Under the pieces are notes generated by a model. It was not told where the DNA came from, ran no database searches, and saw only the letters and a program-made list of their open reading frames with translations. A DNA stretch of 38,856 bases, taken from the IMG/VR virus record IMGVR_UViG_3300035433_000019, positions 1 through 38,856 of that record; one strand, given 5' to 3'. A program made the translations under genes and the position numbers. Shown piece by piece: positions 26,022 to 34,999 of the stretch (position 1 is its first letter; each line of letters opens with the position of its first letter). The stretch is from a virus (taxonomy: Duplodnaviria > Caudoviricetes).

Positions 26022-27170
26022 ATGACGTGCGAAGAAAAAGAATGCTGCGATTTTATTGATTTTTCAGTTGAGGGTATTGGCGATTTCAGAATTTTCTTTT
26101 CAACAAAGGAATCTCCTGAAGTCGTGAATAAGAATAGTGGCGATGCAATAGTTATACTAAATTTGTTTTTATTGCATCATTCATTTTCAATCAAGCGAGG
26201 TGAAATATATTGCGAACTTTCACAAGATGATATCTATGCTATAGATGAGAATTCATCAGTTATGATCTTGCGCGCATTGTGCGCATCTCTTGGCGTTGAA
26301 TGCGCTTCAGGCTCTATAGATGTAGACGCATTGGGAAAGCTAAAAGAGAAGATGAACCATGATTTTTTGAACATTGATAGTTTTTCAGGTGACGGCATAG
26401 GCGCGACTATGGATGATACAAGCAGAAACGACAGGATAAAAGACGCAATAAAATCAATTTCTGCCGATCTTATGGTCGGAAAAAGCTGCATTGATGACGA
26501 GTTATACAAAAAATTCGTTAAGCATAACGATTCTATGAGTGCAGCTCGTGCGCTATATGAAGTTCAAAAAAACAATCCGCTGAAATCCATAGCTGATCAA
26601 TTTAAAGAATTTTCACAGGTTAGTGCATTTGATGAAATAAATAAAAAGCATAAAGATGCGCTTCGACTTAGTGGGCTGGACAGGGATTTGAGTGCGCTAT
26701 CTGGCTCTAGCAAAGAAATGTTCAAAGATTTTTGTGGTTCAAGTCTGCTGTCAAAGCAATTTGAAGAAATGAAAAAGACTGCGTTACAATCGCAGATACC
26801 ACATGACTTAAGTGAAAAATTTGACATCAATCCACTTAACATCGCAACGATGGTGCCTAGTGGCATTGAAAAGGCATTTGAAGAAAGCAACAATAGTTTT
26901 CTAAGAATTCATGAAGATATAGCAAATAGAGCAAGGATTCATCAAATAGCAGCAGAAAGCACGGCGTCAATGCCTGCAATGCTTGAACGCATGAATGACG
27001 TTCTTGTACAAATAGATAGTAATCTCGTAAAGATTAATGTTCACAATGAATCGACAAATGAGGAAACATATAAGAATCGAAGAATTGCCGATAAACAATT
27101 CTGGGCAATTTTTATTGTGTCAGCCTTGGCATGCGCTGCGTCCGTAGCGTCTTGCCTCAAAGCACCATAA
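26022..27170 (+). CDS. AT-rich hypothetical protein with C-terminal coiled coil and TM anchor, moron
   Basis: Long open frame, ATG 26022 after GGGGGA; ends FWAIFIVSALACAASVASCL. Confidence 0.7.
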   Translation: MTCEEKECCDFIDFSVEGIGDFRIFFSTKESPEVVNKNSGDAIVILNLFLLHHSFSIKRGEIYCELSQDDIYAIDENSSVMILRALCASLGVECASGSIDVDALGKLKEKMNHDFLNIDSFSGDGIGATMDDTSRNDRIKDAIKSISADLMVGKSCIDDELYKKFVKHNDSMSAARALYEVQKNNPLKSIADQFKEFSQVSAFDEINKKHKDALRLSGLDRDLSALSGSSKEMFKDFCGSSLLSKQFEEMKKTALQSQIPHDLSEKFDINPLNIATMVPSGIEKAFEESNNSFLRIHEDIANRARIHQIAAESTASMPAMLERMNDVLVQIDSNLVKINVHNESTNEETYKNRRIADKQFWAIFIVSALACAASVASCLKAP

Positions 27171-27307
27171 TACGAACGCAGTCTTTCTCCTGCTTGACAA
27201 TATCTCCCCGCATATCTCCCACTGCCTCCGGCCCCGCCTTTCGGCCTCCGCTAGGGTAGCGGCGTAGCAGGTTCACCTGCCCAAACGCCAACCCGCATGG
27301 AGGCATC

Positions 27308-27664
27308 ATGCCCGACCCCGCCAACACCTCGCAGGCCATTTCCGCCACCTCGGCAGACGCCGAAGGGGCCGCCCCTTCCGGGCGTGCCTATGCCGCTTTC
27401 GAGCACAGCTGGACCGACCGCTGGGCCGACACGGAAGTGGCCGTGTCCTACCGTTTCGCCAAGCCCTCGCCCACGCACATCAAGCGGTTGCAGTCCACGG
27501 CGGCGCGCAACCCCGCACAGGCGTCGCGCGCGCTGATCCTCGACGTGATCCACCCCGACGACCGCGCCCGGTTTCTCGCCGACGCGGACAGTTACCCCGG
27601 CCTCGTCACCACCATGAGCAGCGCGCTCATCAAGGCGGTGGGCCTCGGCGACCTGGGAAACTGA
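27308..27664 (+). CDS. tail assembly chaperone
   Basis: GGAGG SD, YRFAKP motif, upstream of tape measure, ends in G GGA AAC TGA. Confidence 0.8.
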   Translation: MPDPANTSQAISATSADAEGAAPSGRAYAAFEHSWTDRWADTEVAVSYRFAKPSPTHIKRLQSTAARNPAQASRALILDVIHPDDRARFLADADSYPGLVTTMSSALIKAVGLGDLGN

Positions 27665-27849
27665 TTGACGCCGCCCGCCAGCGGCTTGGCGGGCTCGGAC
27701 AGTATGACGCCATGATCCGTCACTGGCTGCATGCCGAGCCCGCCGACGACTGGGAAGACTGGGCCGGGCAGGTTGCGCAGGCCCTGTTTCTGGAAGAACG
27801 CCACATCAAGACCCTCGCCCAGATCATGGGCGCACGGACAAAAGCATAG
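27655..27849 (+). CDS. -1 frameshift extension of tail chaperone (gpGT-like)
   Basis: Slippery GGGAAAC 27655-27661; the -1 frame is open (GKLIDAARQRLGGLGQYDAMIRHWL...AQALFLEERH...) to TAG 27849. Confidence 0.8.
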   Translation, partial: GKLIDAARQRLGGLGQYDAMIRHWLHAEPADDWEDWAGQVAQALFLEERHIKTLAQIMGARTKA

Positions 27850-27856
27850 GCCCGCC

Positions 27857-30202
27857 ATGGAAGTGTTCAGCGTCTTCGCCACCATGTCCTTGCAGGACAT
27901 GATTTCCGGCCCGCTCGGCTTCATCACCGGCAGGATGAAGCAGCTTGCGCAGGCTGCCGACGGCCTTGGCGGGCGCATGGGCAAGCTGGCCATTTCCATG
28001 GCTCCGGTTGCCGTGGCCGCCGCCGTGCTGCTGGCCACGCTGGGTCTTGCCGCGCGAGAGGCCATCGCCTTCGAGAGTGCGATGGCCGACGTGGCCAAGG
28101 TGGTGAACTTCGAAAGCGCGGGCGAGCTGCAATCCATGTCCGACACCATCCTGGACATGAGCACCCGCATCCCCATGGCGGCGGACGGGTTGGCGGCCAT
28201 CGTGGCCGCCGCCGCGCAAAGCGGCGTGGCCAAGGCCGACCTTACGGAGTTCGCCGAACAGGCCGCCAAGATGGGCGTGGCCTTCGACCTGACCGGGGAC
28301 CAGGCGGGCAAGATGATGGCCGACTGGCGGGCGGGCATGAATCTGTCGCTGCCGCGCGTCTACGCGCTGGCGGACAGCGTGAATCACCTTTCCAACAACA
28401 TGAACGCCACCGCCCCGGCGCTGGGCGAGGTGATCCAGCGCGTGGGCGCGGTGGGCATGGCGTCGGGCCTTGCGGAAACGCAGGTGGCGGCGCTGGGCGC
28501 GGCGTTCCTGTCCGCCGGTGCCTCGCCCGAAATCGCGTCCACGGCGCTGAAGAAATTCACGTCCACGCTGGTCAAGGGCACGGCGTTAAGCAAGGACGCG
28601 CAGGCGGCCTTCGGCTCGCTGGGCTTCTCGGTCACGCAGATGGCGAAGGACATGCAGACCGACGCGCAGGGCACGATCTTCAAGGTGTTGCAGGCGCTGG
28701 CCGACAAGCCCAGGGAATTGCAGATGTCGCTGCTCACCGAGATGTTCGGTGAAGAAGCGCTGGGGGCCATTGCTCCGCTGCTGGCCAACATGGGCAACCT
28801 GACGCAGGCGTTCGAGCTGGTGGGTGATGCCTCGGCCTATGCGGGCAGCATGCAGGCGGAATTCGACACCCGCAGCAAGACCACGGCCAATACCCTGATC
28901 CTGCTGGGCAACAAGATGAAGGCGCTGATGATCGTGGCGGGCAGCTACTTTCTGCCTGTCATAGGGCGAGTTGCCGAAGGCGTGGGTGGCTTCGTGGACA
29001 TGCTGCGCGGCGCGGCGCAGACCGTGGCCGGGGAATTCGCGCTCAAGCTGCTGGCGGGCGTCGCCACCGCCGTGGTGGCCGCCACGGCCCTGTCCGGGGC
29101 CATCTGGCTGTTGTCCGCCGCCGGTCCCATGCTGGCCAAGGCCCTTGGCCCGCTCAAGGCGGCGCTGCTGGGCCTGTCGTGGCCCATGTGGGCGCTGATC
29201 GCCGTTGGCGCGGCGCTGTACGTGGCCTATCGCACCAACTTCGGCGGCATGGCGGATACCGTAGACCGCTGGTGGTCGCGCATCTCGCTGGTGTTCCGGG
29301 GCGTGGCCGCCGTGTTCGCCACCCTTACCGACGGCGTGGGCGAGATTCGCGGCCAGTTGGCCACGGACATCCGCGCCGCCGGGCTGGAAGGGCTGGTGAC
29401 CGCCGTGGCCCGCGTGGTGTTCCGCATCCGCGAATTCCTCACCGGCATGGTGGATGGAGTGGCCCCGGTGGGCCAGCGCATGGCCGACATCCTTGGGCCT
29501 TCGTTTTCGGCCATTGCCGCCACGCTGGGGCAGGTTTTCGACGCGCTGGGCAGAATGACCGTCGCACTGTTCGGGGCCGGGGCCGCCACTGATGCGTCCG
29601 GATGGCAGCGCTTCGGCGAGGTGCTGGGCACCTTCGTGGCCGGTGCCGCCGAAGGGGTGGCCATTGCCGTGCGCGCGCTCATCGCCCCCATCGAAATGGC
29701 GGCGGGCGTGGTGCAGTTCTTTCTCGACCTCATCAACGGGGTGAGCCTGTTCGACGCCGGGGCGGCGCTGCTGGGCACGTTTGCCGACGGCATCAAATCC
29801 ATGTTGGCCGTGCCCATGGAAGCCGTGCGCGGGGCCATGGATCTTGTTGCCAAACTGCTGCCGCATTCGGATGCCGACGCGGGGCCGTTGTCCACGCTGA
29901 CCGCATCCGGTCGGGCCACCCTGACCACCATGGGCGAGGGCATGCAGGCCGCCGCGCCGGACCTTAACGCCGCACTGGATGACGCCCTGGGCGCGGCGGT
30001 GCCCCCCGGCACGCTGGAAGCCATGGCCGAGGTGGGCGTAACGCCCGCCAAAGGGCGCGAGGGCCGCACCGGCGGGCGGGGGGTGACCATCCACATCGGC
30101 AGCGTGAGCCTGCCGGGCGTGTCCGACGCGCAGGGCTTCGTGTCCGAATTGCAGGCCCTTGTGGCCGAGTACGACGGAGTGCCGGAAGGCGGTGCCGCAT
30201 GA
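27857..30202 (+). CDS. tape measure protein (TP901-type core)
   Basis: ATG 27857; AIAFESAMADVAKV, MFGEEA, GSMQAEF; Ala/Gly-rich; LPHSDADAGPLSTLT near the C-terminus. Confidence 0.93.
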   Translation: MEVFSVFATMSLQDMISGPLGFITGRMKQLAQAADGLGGRMGKLAISMAPVAVAAAVLLATLGLAAREAIAFESAMADVAKVVNFESAGELQSMSDTILDMSTRIPMAADGLAAIVAAAAQSGVAKADLTEFAEQAAKMGVAFDLTGDQAGKMMADWRAGMNLSLPRVYALADSVNHLSNNMNATAPALGEVIQRVGAVGMASGLAETQVAALGAAFLSAGASPEIASTALKKFTSTLVKGTALSKDAQAAFGSLGFSVTQMAKDMQTDAQGTIFKVLQALADKPRELQMSLLTEMFGEEALGAIAPLLANMGNLTQAFELVGDASAYAGSMQAEFDTRSKTTANTLILLGNKMKALMIVAGSYFLPVIGRVAEGVGGFVDMLRGAAQTVAGEFALKLLAGVATAVVAATALSGAIWLLSAAGPMLAKALGPLKAALLGLSWPMWALIAVGAALYVAYRTNFGGMADTVDRWWSRISLVFRGVAAVFATLTDGVGEIRGQLATDIRAAGLEGLVTAVARVVFRIREFLTGMVDGVAPVGQRMADILGPSFSAIAATLGQVFDALGRMTVALFGAGAATDASGWQRFGEVLGTFVAGAAEGVAIAVRALIAPIEMAAGVVQFFLDLINGVSLFDAGAALLGTFADGIKSMLAVPMEAVRGAMDLVAKLLPHSDADAGPLSTLTASGRATLTTMGEGMQAAAPDLNAALDDALGAAVPPGTLEAMAEVGVTPAKGREGRTGGRGVTIHIGSVSLPGVSDAQGFVSELQALVAEYDGVPEGGAA

Positions 30203-30744
30203 GCATGCTGACCTTCGAGGATGGCGTGGTGCGCCTTGGCGGGGTGGCCCTGCCGGGCATCCTGCGCGCCCAGCGCGTGGCCTGCGCCGTGCGCTTCGAC
30301 GAGCAGAAGGTGGACGGCGTGTCCGGCAAGAGAAAGACCCCCCTCGGATGGGAAGACGCCGAGATCACGCTGACCCTCGACCTGCTCACCGACGACGACG
30401 CCACCTGCTACGACCGGCTGGAAACCATCAACGGGGCATTCCGGGGCACGGACAGCCGCACGAACCCCAAGGTGCTGGAAGTGGCCAACCGCCACCTGCT
30501 GGCGCGGGGCATCCGGCGGGTGGTCTTCAGCCGCCTTGAAAGCGAGGAGACGGACGCCGACGACACCCTGCGGGCCACGCTGGCCTTCGTGGAGCATGTG
30601 CCGCCCATCGTGCGGGTGGAACAGTCCGGGGCCAGGACCCCGCGCGCGGCAGAGGCCGCCGCGCAGGGCAGCAGCGCCACGCCGCAGCAGGAGGCATCGC
30701 TGCTGGTGGACGTGTCCGGCAGGAAAGCAAGGGGGAGTCGCTGA
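30199..30744 (+). CDS. tail/baseplate protein (putative tube initiator)
   Basis: ATGA-coupled to tape measure; position. Confidence 0.6.
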   Translation: MSMLTFEDGVVRLGGVALPGILRAQRVACAVRFDEQKVDGVSGKRKTPLGWEDAEITLTLDLLTDDDATCYDRLETINGAFRGTDSRTNPKVLEVANRHLLARGIRRVVFSRLESEETDADDTLRATLAFVEHVPPIVRVEQSGARTPRAAEAAAQGSSATPQQEASLLVDVSGRKARGSR

Positions 30745-31544
30745 TGGACATCACCGGCGTGGATATCATCGTGCGGGTGGGCGGGCTGGAAGTGCTGCGT
30801 TCCCCACGGGCCGAGGTGGTCAGCCGCCGCCGCGCGGTCATCACGCGGGCCGAGGTGGAACTGCCCGACCCGGACGGCTCGGTGCGGGCCGCCCTGGCGT
30901 TGGGGCAATCCGTCTCGCTGGGCTTCGGCTACCGTGGCGGCCCCATGCAGCAGTTCACCGGCACGGTGGACGGCTTCCGCCCGGCAGGGCCGGACGCGGT
31001 GGCCGTGCTGGCCGCCGGGCAGGAGCTGGCCCTGTCGCGCACCACCATCACCGAATCCTTCCACGGCGAACCCGCCGACGCGGTGGCCCGGCGCATCCTG
31101 TCCCGCAGCGGGCTGGCCGTGGCCGCCGTGGAAATTCCGGACGTGACCCTGCCGCACATGGTGTTCGCCACGGTGCCCCTGTGGCGCGCGGTGCGGCAAC
31201 TGGCGGAATCCATCCGGCGCGGGCACGGGCACGACCTTTCGCGCCACGCCCTGTGGCTGGGGGCCGACGGCCTGCGCTGGAGCGCGGGCGACGAACCCGG
31301 CCCCCTCTACACCGTGGCCACCGGCGAAAACCTCATCAATCACGAGGTGGCCACCACGCCGGGCGCGCTGGCCGAGGTGGAATCGGTACTGCTGGCGGGC
31401 CTTGCCCACTCCATGCCGTTCCGGCTGGAGGACGCGCGGCGCGGCGTCAGCGGGCGGTTCCGCGCGCAGGAGGTGCGCCACGTGCTTACGCCCGGCGGCA
31501 ACAGGACGTTCATCCGGTACGGGGCGGACCATGGCTGGGGCTAA
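30744..31544 (+). CDS. baseplate hub protein (putative)
   Basis: VSLGFGY..FTGTV, VRHVL patterns; precedes spike. Confidence 0.65.
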   Translation: MDITGVDIIVRVGGLEVLRSPRAEVVSRRRAVITRAEVELPDPDGSVRAALALGQSVSLGFGYRGGPMQQFTGTVDGFRPAGPDAVAVLAAGQELALSRTTITESFHGEPADAVARRILSRSGLAVAAVEIPDVTLPHMVFATVPLWRAVRQLAESIRRGHGHDLSRHALWLGADGLRWSAGDEPGPLYTVATGENLINHEVATTPGALAEVESVLLAGLAHSMPFRLEDARRGVSGRFRAQEVRHVLTPGGNRTFIRYGADHGWG

Positions 31545-32256
31545 CGGCGGTGCGAACAGCGCCAACCTGCTGCAACTCATCCGCCGGGCGGTGGAGCTGT
31601 GCATGCCGGACCTGCGGCACTACTACCGCGTGACACGCAAGGCGCGGGTGGTGGCGGCCTACGCCAGCGACGGGGCCTACTACGCCGACGTGCAGCCCCT
31701 GCGCAACGACGAGACAGACGACCCCGCCGAGCCTGTGGTGCCGCGCGTGGAACTGCCGGTGCTGTGGGGCGGGCCGGACCGGGGCGTGGTGTGCCCGCCC
31801 GTGGTGGGCACCCTGTGCGACCTTTCCTACTACGACGGCGACCCCAACTACCCCCGCATCAGCAACATCCGCTGGCAAGGGCACGGCGCGCCGCTGGCCG
31901 CAGTAGGCGAGTTCGTCATTCAACTTGAGAAGGGCGTGGAAATCCGCATCGACACCGGCAGGCGCATCGTGGCCATGACCCCGGCGGACTGGCTGGTGCA
32001 GGTGGGCGGCAACGCCACCGTGGAAGCGGCGGGCTCCATCACCTTGCAGGCCCCGGAAATCATCCAGCGCGGCAACGTGACGGGCGAAGGCCACGATGGC
32101 GGCAAGGGCACGGTGAGCGAGCACGCGGACCGCACCATCACCGGCAGCCTGACCATCAATGGCCCGGTGGCCATCACGGGCGGGCTGTCGGTGGATGGTG
32201 ACAGCACGGTGAGCGGCAACAGCCACGCGGGCAGCCGCAGCGGGGGATCTATCTAG
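31531..32256 (+). CDS. baseplate spike protein (gpV/Mu gp45-like)
   Basis: ATG 31531; OB-fold-like N-part (ADVQPL, PVVGT, YYDGDPNYP), Gly/Thr-rich beta-helical C-terminus. Confidence 0.8.
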   Translation: MAGANGGANSANLLQLIRRAVELCMPDLRHYYRVTRKARVVAAYASDGAYYADVQPLRNDETDDPAEPVVPRVELPVLWGGPDRGVVCPPVVGTLCDLSYYDGDPNYPRISNIRWQGHGAPLAAVGEFVIQLEKGVEIRIDTGRRIVAMTPADWLVQVGGNATVEAAGSITLQAPEIIQRGNVTGEGHDGGKGTVSEHADRTITGSLTINGPVAITGGLSVDGDSTVSGNSHAGSRSGGSI

Positions 32257-32428
32257 GTTGGAAGTTTTTCCAACCAAGCAACTTTATGACGCATTCACGC
32301 TTTTTCGTGCCAATTTCTTCAGGCGTCGCATCAGGATGCTCGTCGCACCATTTGAAAAATTCCTTTTGAAGTTCCCGCCGCTTCGGATCGTCACTGGTGA
32401 GTCTGCTGTCGTTGTCGTCGATATCCAT
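32249..32428 (-). CDS. 59-aa antisense small protein (moron), absent from the ORF track
   Basis: GGAGG 4 nt before ATG; MDIDDNDSRLTSDDPKRRELQKEFFKWCDEHPDATPEEIGTKKRECVIKLLGWKNFQPR; fills the gap between spike and wedge genes. Confidence 0.7.
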   Translation of the reverse strand: MDIDDNDSRLTSDDPKRRELQKEFFKWCDEHPDATPEEIGTKKRECVIKLLGWKNFQPR

Positions 32429-32463
32429 AATGCCTCCCTGTTAAACACACACGGATTTGGCGC

Positions 32464-32901
32464 ATGAACACAAGCTTTAGCACCATGTGGGGCCAAGATA
32501 TCGCCCTCGACGATACAGGCCAAGCCCTCGTTGCCGCAAGCGGCGAGTTCATCCTGACCGAAGGTGTGGAAACGGGCCTTCAGGACATCCGCCTGCGCCT
32601 GTTCACCCGGCTGGGTTCGCTCTTCTACGACCAGGGCTGGGGCAGCCTGATCCACGACTGGATTTTCGAGGAGAACACCGAGGGTGCCCGCATCGCCTTC
32701 GAGGCGGAGGTGACCCTGCGGGTGGAGCTGGACCCGCGCGTGCAGGTGGGCAGCGTGCGCACCACGGTCTTCACGTGGGACGAGCGCACCGTGCAGGCCG
32801 AGGTGTCGTGGACGTTCATCGGCGAGGACCAGCCCTCAAACCTCATCTTGCGCGCCGACAAGTCCGTGCGCGAACTGGTGGTTCAAGATGTCAGCCTATG
32901 A
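32464..32901 (+). CDS. baseplate wedge protein (gpW/gp25-like)
   Basis: GQDIALD, QDIRLRLFTRLGSLFYD..WGS, DPRV motifs. Confidence 0.85.
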   Translation: MNTSFSTMWGQDIALDDTGQALVAASGEFILTEGVETGLQDIRLRLFTRLGSLFYDQGWGSLIHDWIFEENTEGARIAFEAEVTLRVELDPRVQVGSVRTTVFTWDERTVQAEVSWTFIGEDQPSNLILRADKSVRELVVQDVSL

Positions 32902-34129
32902 CACGGGGGGCGCTGCCCCCCAGACCCCCCAGAGTTCCGGCGAAGGCGTACTTCGCCGGTCCTCCCTGCGTCTCTCTAAATCGCTGGAGCAGATCCGCGG
33001 GGAACTCTACGCCCGCATGGAGGCCGTGCAGGACGAGTACGCCGCGCACGGTTGGCTGCCGCAGCGCCTGAACCTGAACAAGGGCATCGCGCGCGGCCTC
33101 ATAGAGCTTTTCGCGTGGGGGTTGTGGCAGCTCTACCAACTGCTGGAGCAGGTGTTCCAGCAGGCCGTGCCCGCCAACGCCACCGGCGACTTCCTCGACC
33201 TGCACGCGGAGCAGATAGAACTGGCCCGCAAGCAGGCCACGCAGGCGCGGGGCACGGTGACCTTCCACCGGGCGGCCACGTCGGCCAGCGGCGGAACGGA
33301 CACGCCCAACGTGCGCATCCCCGCCGGGCGCATCGTGCGCACGCTGCCGGATGGCCGGGGCATGGTCTACCGCTACGTCACCGAGTCCGACGCGGTGCTG
33401 CCCGCCGGGGCCGGTGCGGTGGCCGTCATGGCGCGGGCCGAGGAATACGGCGCGGCGGCCAACGCGGCCCCCGGCCAGATCGTGGAGCTGGCCACGCCGG
33501 TGCCCGGCATCGGCGCGGTGAGCAACGCGGCGGGCTGGCTGACCGAGGAAGGGGCCGACGCGGAATCCGACGCCCTGCTGCGCCGCCGGTACGCGCTGGC
33601 GTGGCAGGCGCGCGCGGGCATCACCAGCGCCGCGTACAAGGCGGCGGCCCTGTCCGTGACCGGGGTGGTGGACGTGTACGTGGACGACCAGCACCCGCGC
33701 GGCGAAGGCACCGTGGACGTGGTGGTCAAGGGCGCGGCGGGCCAGCCCACCGAACAGTTGTTGCAGGCGGTGCGCGCCGCCATCGCCACGCAGATCCGCA
33801 TCAACCACGACGTGGTGGTGAAGGCCCCCACGCCGGTGGGTGTGGACGTGGCCATGGAACTGGAACTGCTTTCCGGCGACGCGAACGCCACGGTGCTGGC
33901 CGCCCGCGCGTGGGTGGAGGCGCTGTTCAAGGGTGACCAGCCGGAGGTGCCCGCCTTCGGCATCGGGCACGATGTGGTGCGCGACCGCATGGCGGCGGGC
34001 ATCGTCTCCATTGCCGGGGTGAAGCGCATCAACTGGGCCAGCCCGGTTGGCGACGTGGACATTCCCGCCGACGGGCTGGCCACCCTGAACAGCCTGACCG
34101 TGACCGCCCGCTGGGTGACGGAGGCATGA
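32888..34129 (+). CDS. baseplate J-like protein (Mu gp47)
   Basis: ATGDFLDLHA, ARGTVTF, GADAESDALLRRR, RGEGTVDVVV. Confidence 0.93.
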   Translation: MSAYDTGGAAPQTPQSSGEGVLRRSSLRLSKSLEQIRGELYARMEAVQDEYAAHGWLPQRLNLNKGIARGLIELFAWGLWQLYQLLEQVFQQAVPANATGDFLDLHAEQIELARKQATQARGTVTFHRAATSASGGTDTPNVRIPAGRIVRTLPDGRGMVYRYVTESDAVLPAGAGAVAVMARAEEYGAAANAAPGQIVELATPVPGIGAVSNAAGWLTEEGADAESDALLRRRYALAWQARAGITSAAYKAAALSVTGVVDVYVDDQHPRGEGTVDVVVKGAAGQPTEQLLQAVRAAIATQIRINHDVVVKAPTPVGVDVAMELELLSGDANATVLAARAWVEALFKGDQPEVPAFGIGHDVVRDRMAAGIVSIAGVKRINWASPVGDVDIPADGLATLNSLTVTARWVTEA

Positions 34130-34312
34130 TGCGCAAGCAGCAGGCCGGAGTCAGGGCCGCCAGGACGGCGGCCAGCCGCGCAGCGCGAGCGCAGCAGGGG
34201 CTTTGCCCCGCAAGCGAGAGTCCGTCCCGCGCAGGACCGCAGCCGTTAGGCAAGCGCCATGCGCGAGCCTTACGGATGGGGATAGCAGCGATCAGCGCGG
34301 GCGGACGGCATC
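34128..34312. repeat. multi-hairpin intergenic element
   Basis: GGCCGCC/GGCGGCC and GGGGC/GCCCC stems; GTCCGtCCCGCGC 34220-34232 pairs with GCGCGGGCGGAC 34295-34306, enclosing CCGTtAGGC/GCCTtACGG. Confidence 0.5.
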
Positions 34313-34327
34313 AGGAGGACGCATAAC

Positions 34328-34999
34328 GTGGCGGGCCTGTTCTGGTCATACTTCCGCGAACGGCTGGCGTGGCCGTGGATCTTTCGTCCGGGGCCGCTGG
34401 CCGTCATCGCGCGCGGGCTGGCCGACTACCTGGACACCGTGCGCGAGGACATCCGCTGGACGCGCGACCAATGGATCGTGACCACGGCGGAACAGGCGCT
34501 GATGCAGGGCTACGGCGCATCGCGCGGCGCGCCGCGCACCCGGCACGATGACGACGACCGCCACCGTCGCCGGGTGGAACGGGCCTACGCCTGGCACGCC
34601 ATGGGCGGCACCGTGGAAGGGCTGCCGCGCATCCTGGAGGAATACGGCTACCCCGGCGGCAGGGTGCGCAACCTGCGCGACCACAACGCCGAGCTGTGGG
34701 CGCACTTCGACGTGGGCCTGCTGAACCCGCCCGCGCTGTTCGGGCAGGCCGACATCGAAGCCGTGCTGGATCTGGTCAACGAGTACAAGCCCGCGCGCTC
34801 GGTGGTGGGACTGGTGCAGTTCACCGGTCGGGGCGCGGCACCGTTGGCGCTGGGGGCCGTGCTGACCACATCGGTTGTGGTCGAGCACGTGGTGGCCACC
34901 GGTTCCGAAGCGCCGTTCCCGCCCGCCCCGCTGCAAGCCGGGGTGGTGGCCGTGCAATACATTTTCGTCCGACACGAAGTACGCGAGGTTACGTCATGA
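34328..34999 (+). CDS. baseplate/tail protein (P2 gpI-like)
   Basis: GTG after AGGAGG; WHAMGGTVEGL, WAHF, VNEYKPARS. Confidence 0.85.
   Translation: MAGLFWSYFRERLAWPWIFRPGPLAVIARGLADYLDTVREDIRWTRDQWIVTTAEQALMQGYGASRGAPRTRHDDDDRHRRRVERAYAWHAMGGTVEGLPRILEEYGYPGGRVRNLRDHNAELWAHFDVGLLNPPALFGQADIEAVLDLVNEYKPARSVVGLVQFTGRGAAPLALGAVLTTSVVVEHVVATGSEAPFPPAPLQAGVVAVQYIFVRHEVREVTS

Noticed and set aside
32258-32467. 69-aa + strand ORF
   Set aside because: TTG start with poor RBS; the antisense 59-aa ORF has a strong SD and more protein-like composition
34126-34326. 66-aa ORF between baseplate J and gpI
   Set aside because: Low-information Ala/Arg translation of a palindromic element; not called as a gene, although coupling to the J stop means it cannot be fully excluded
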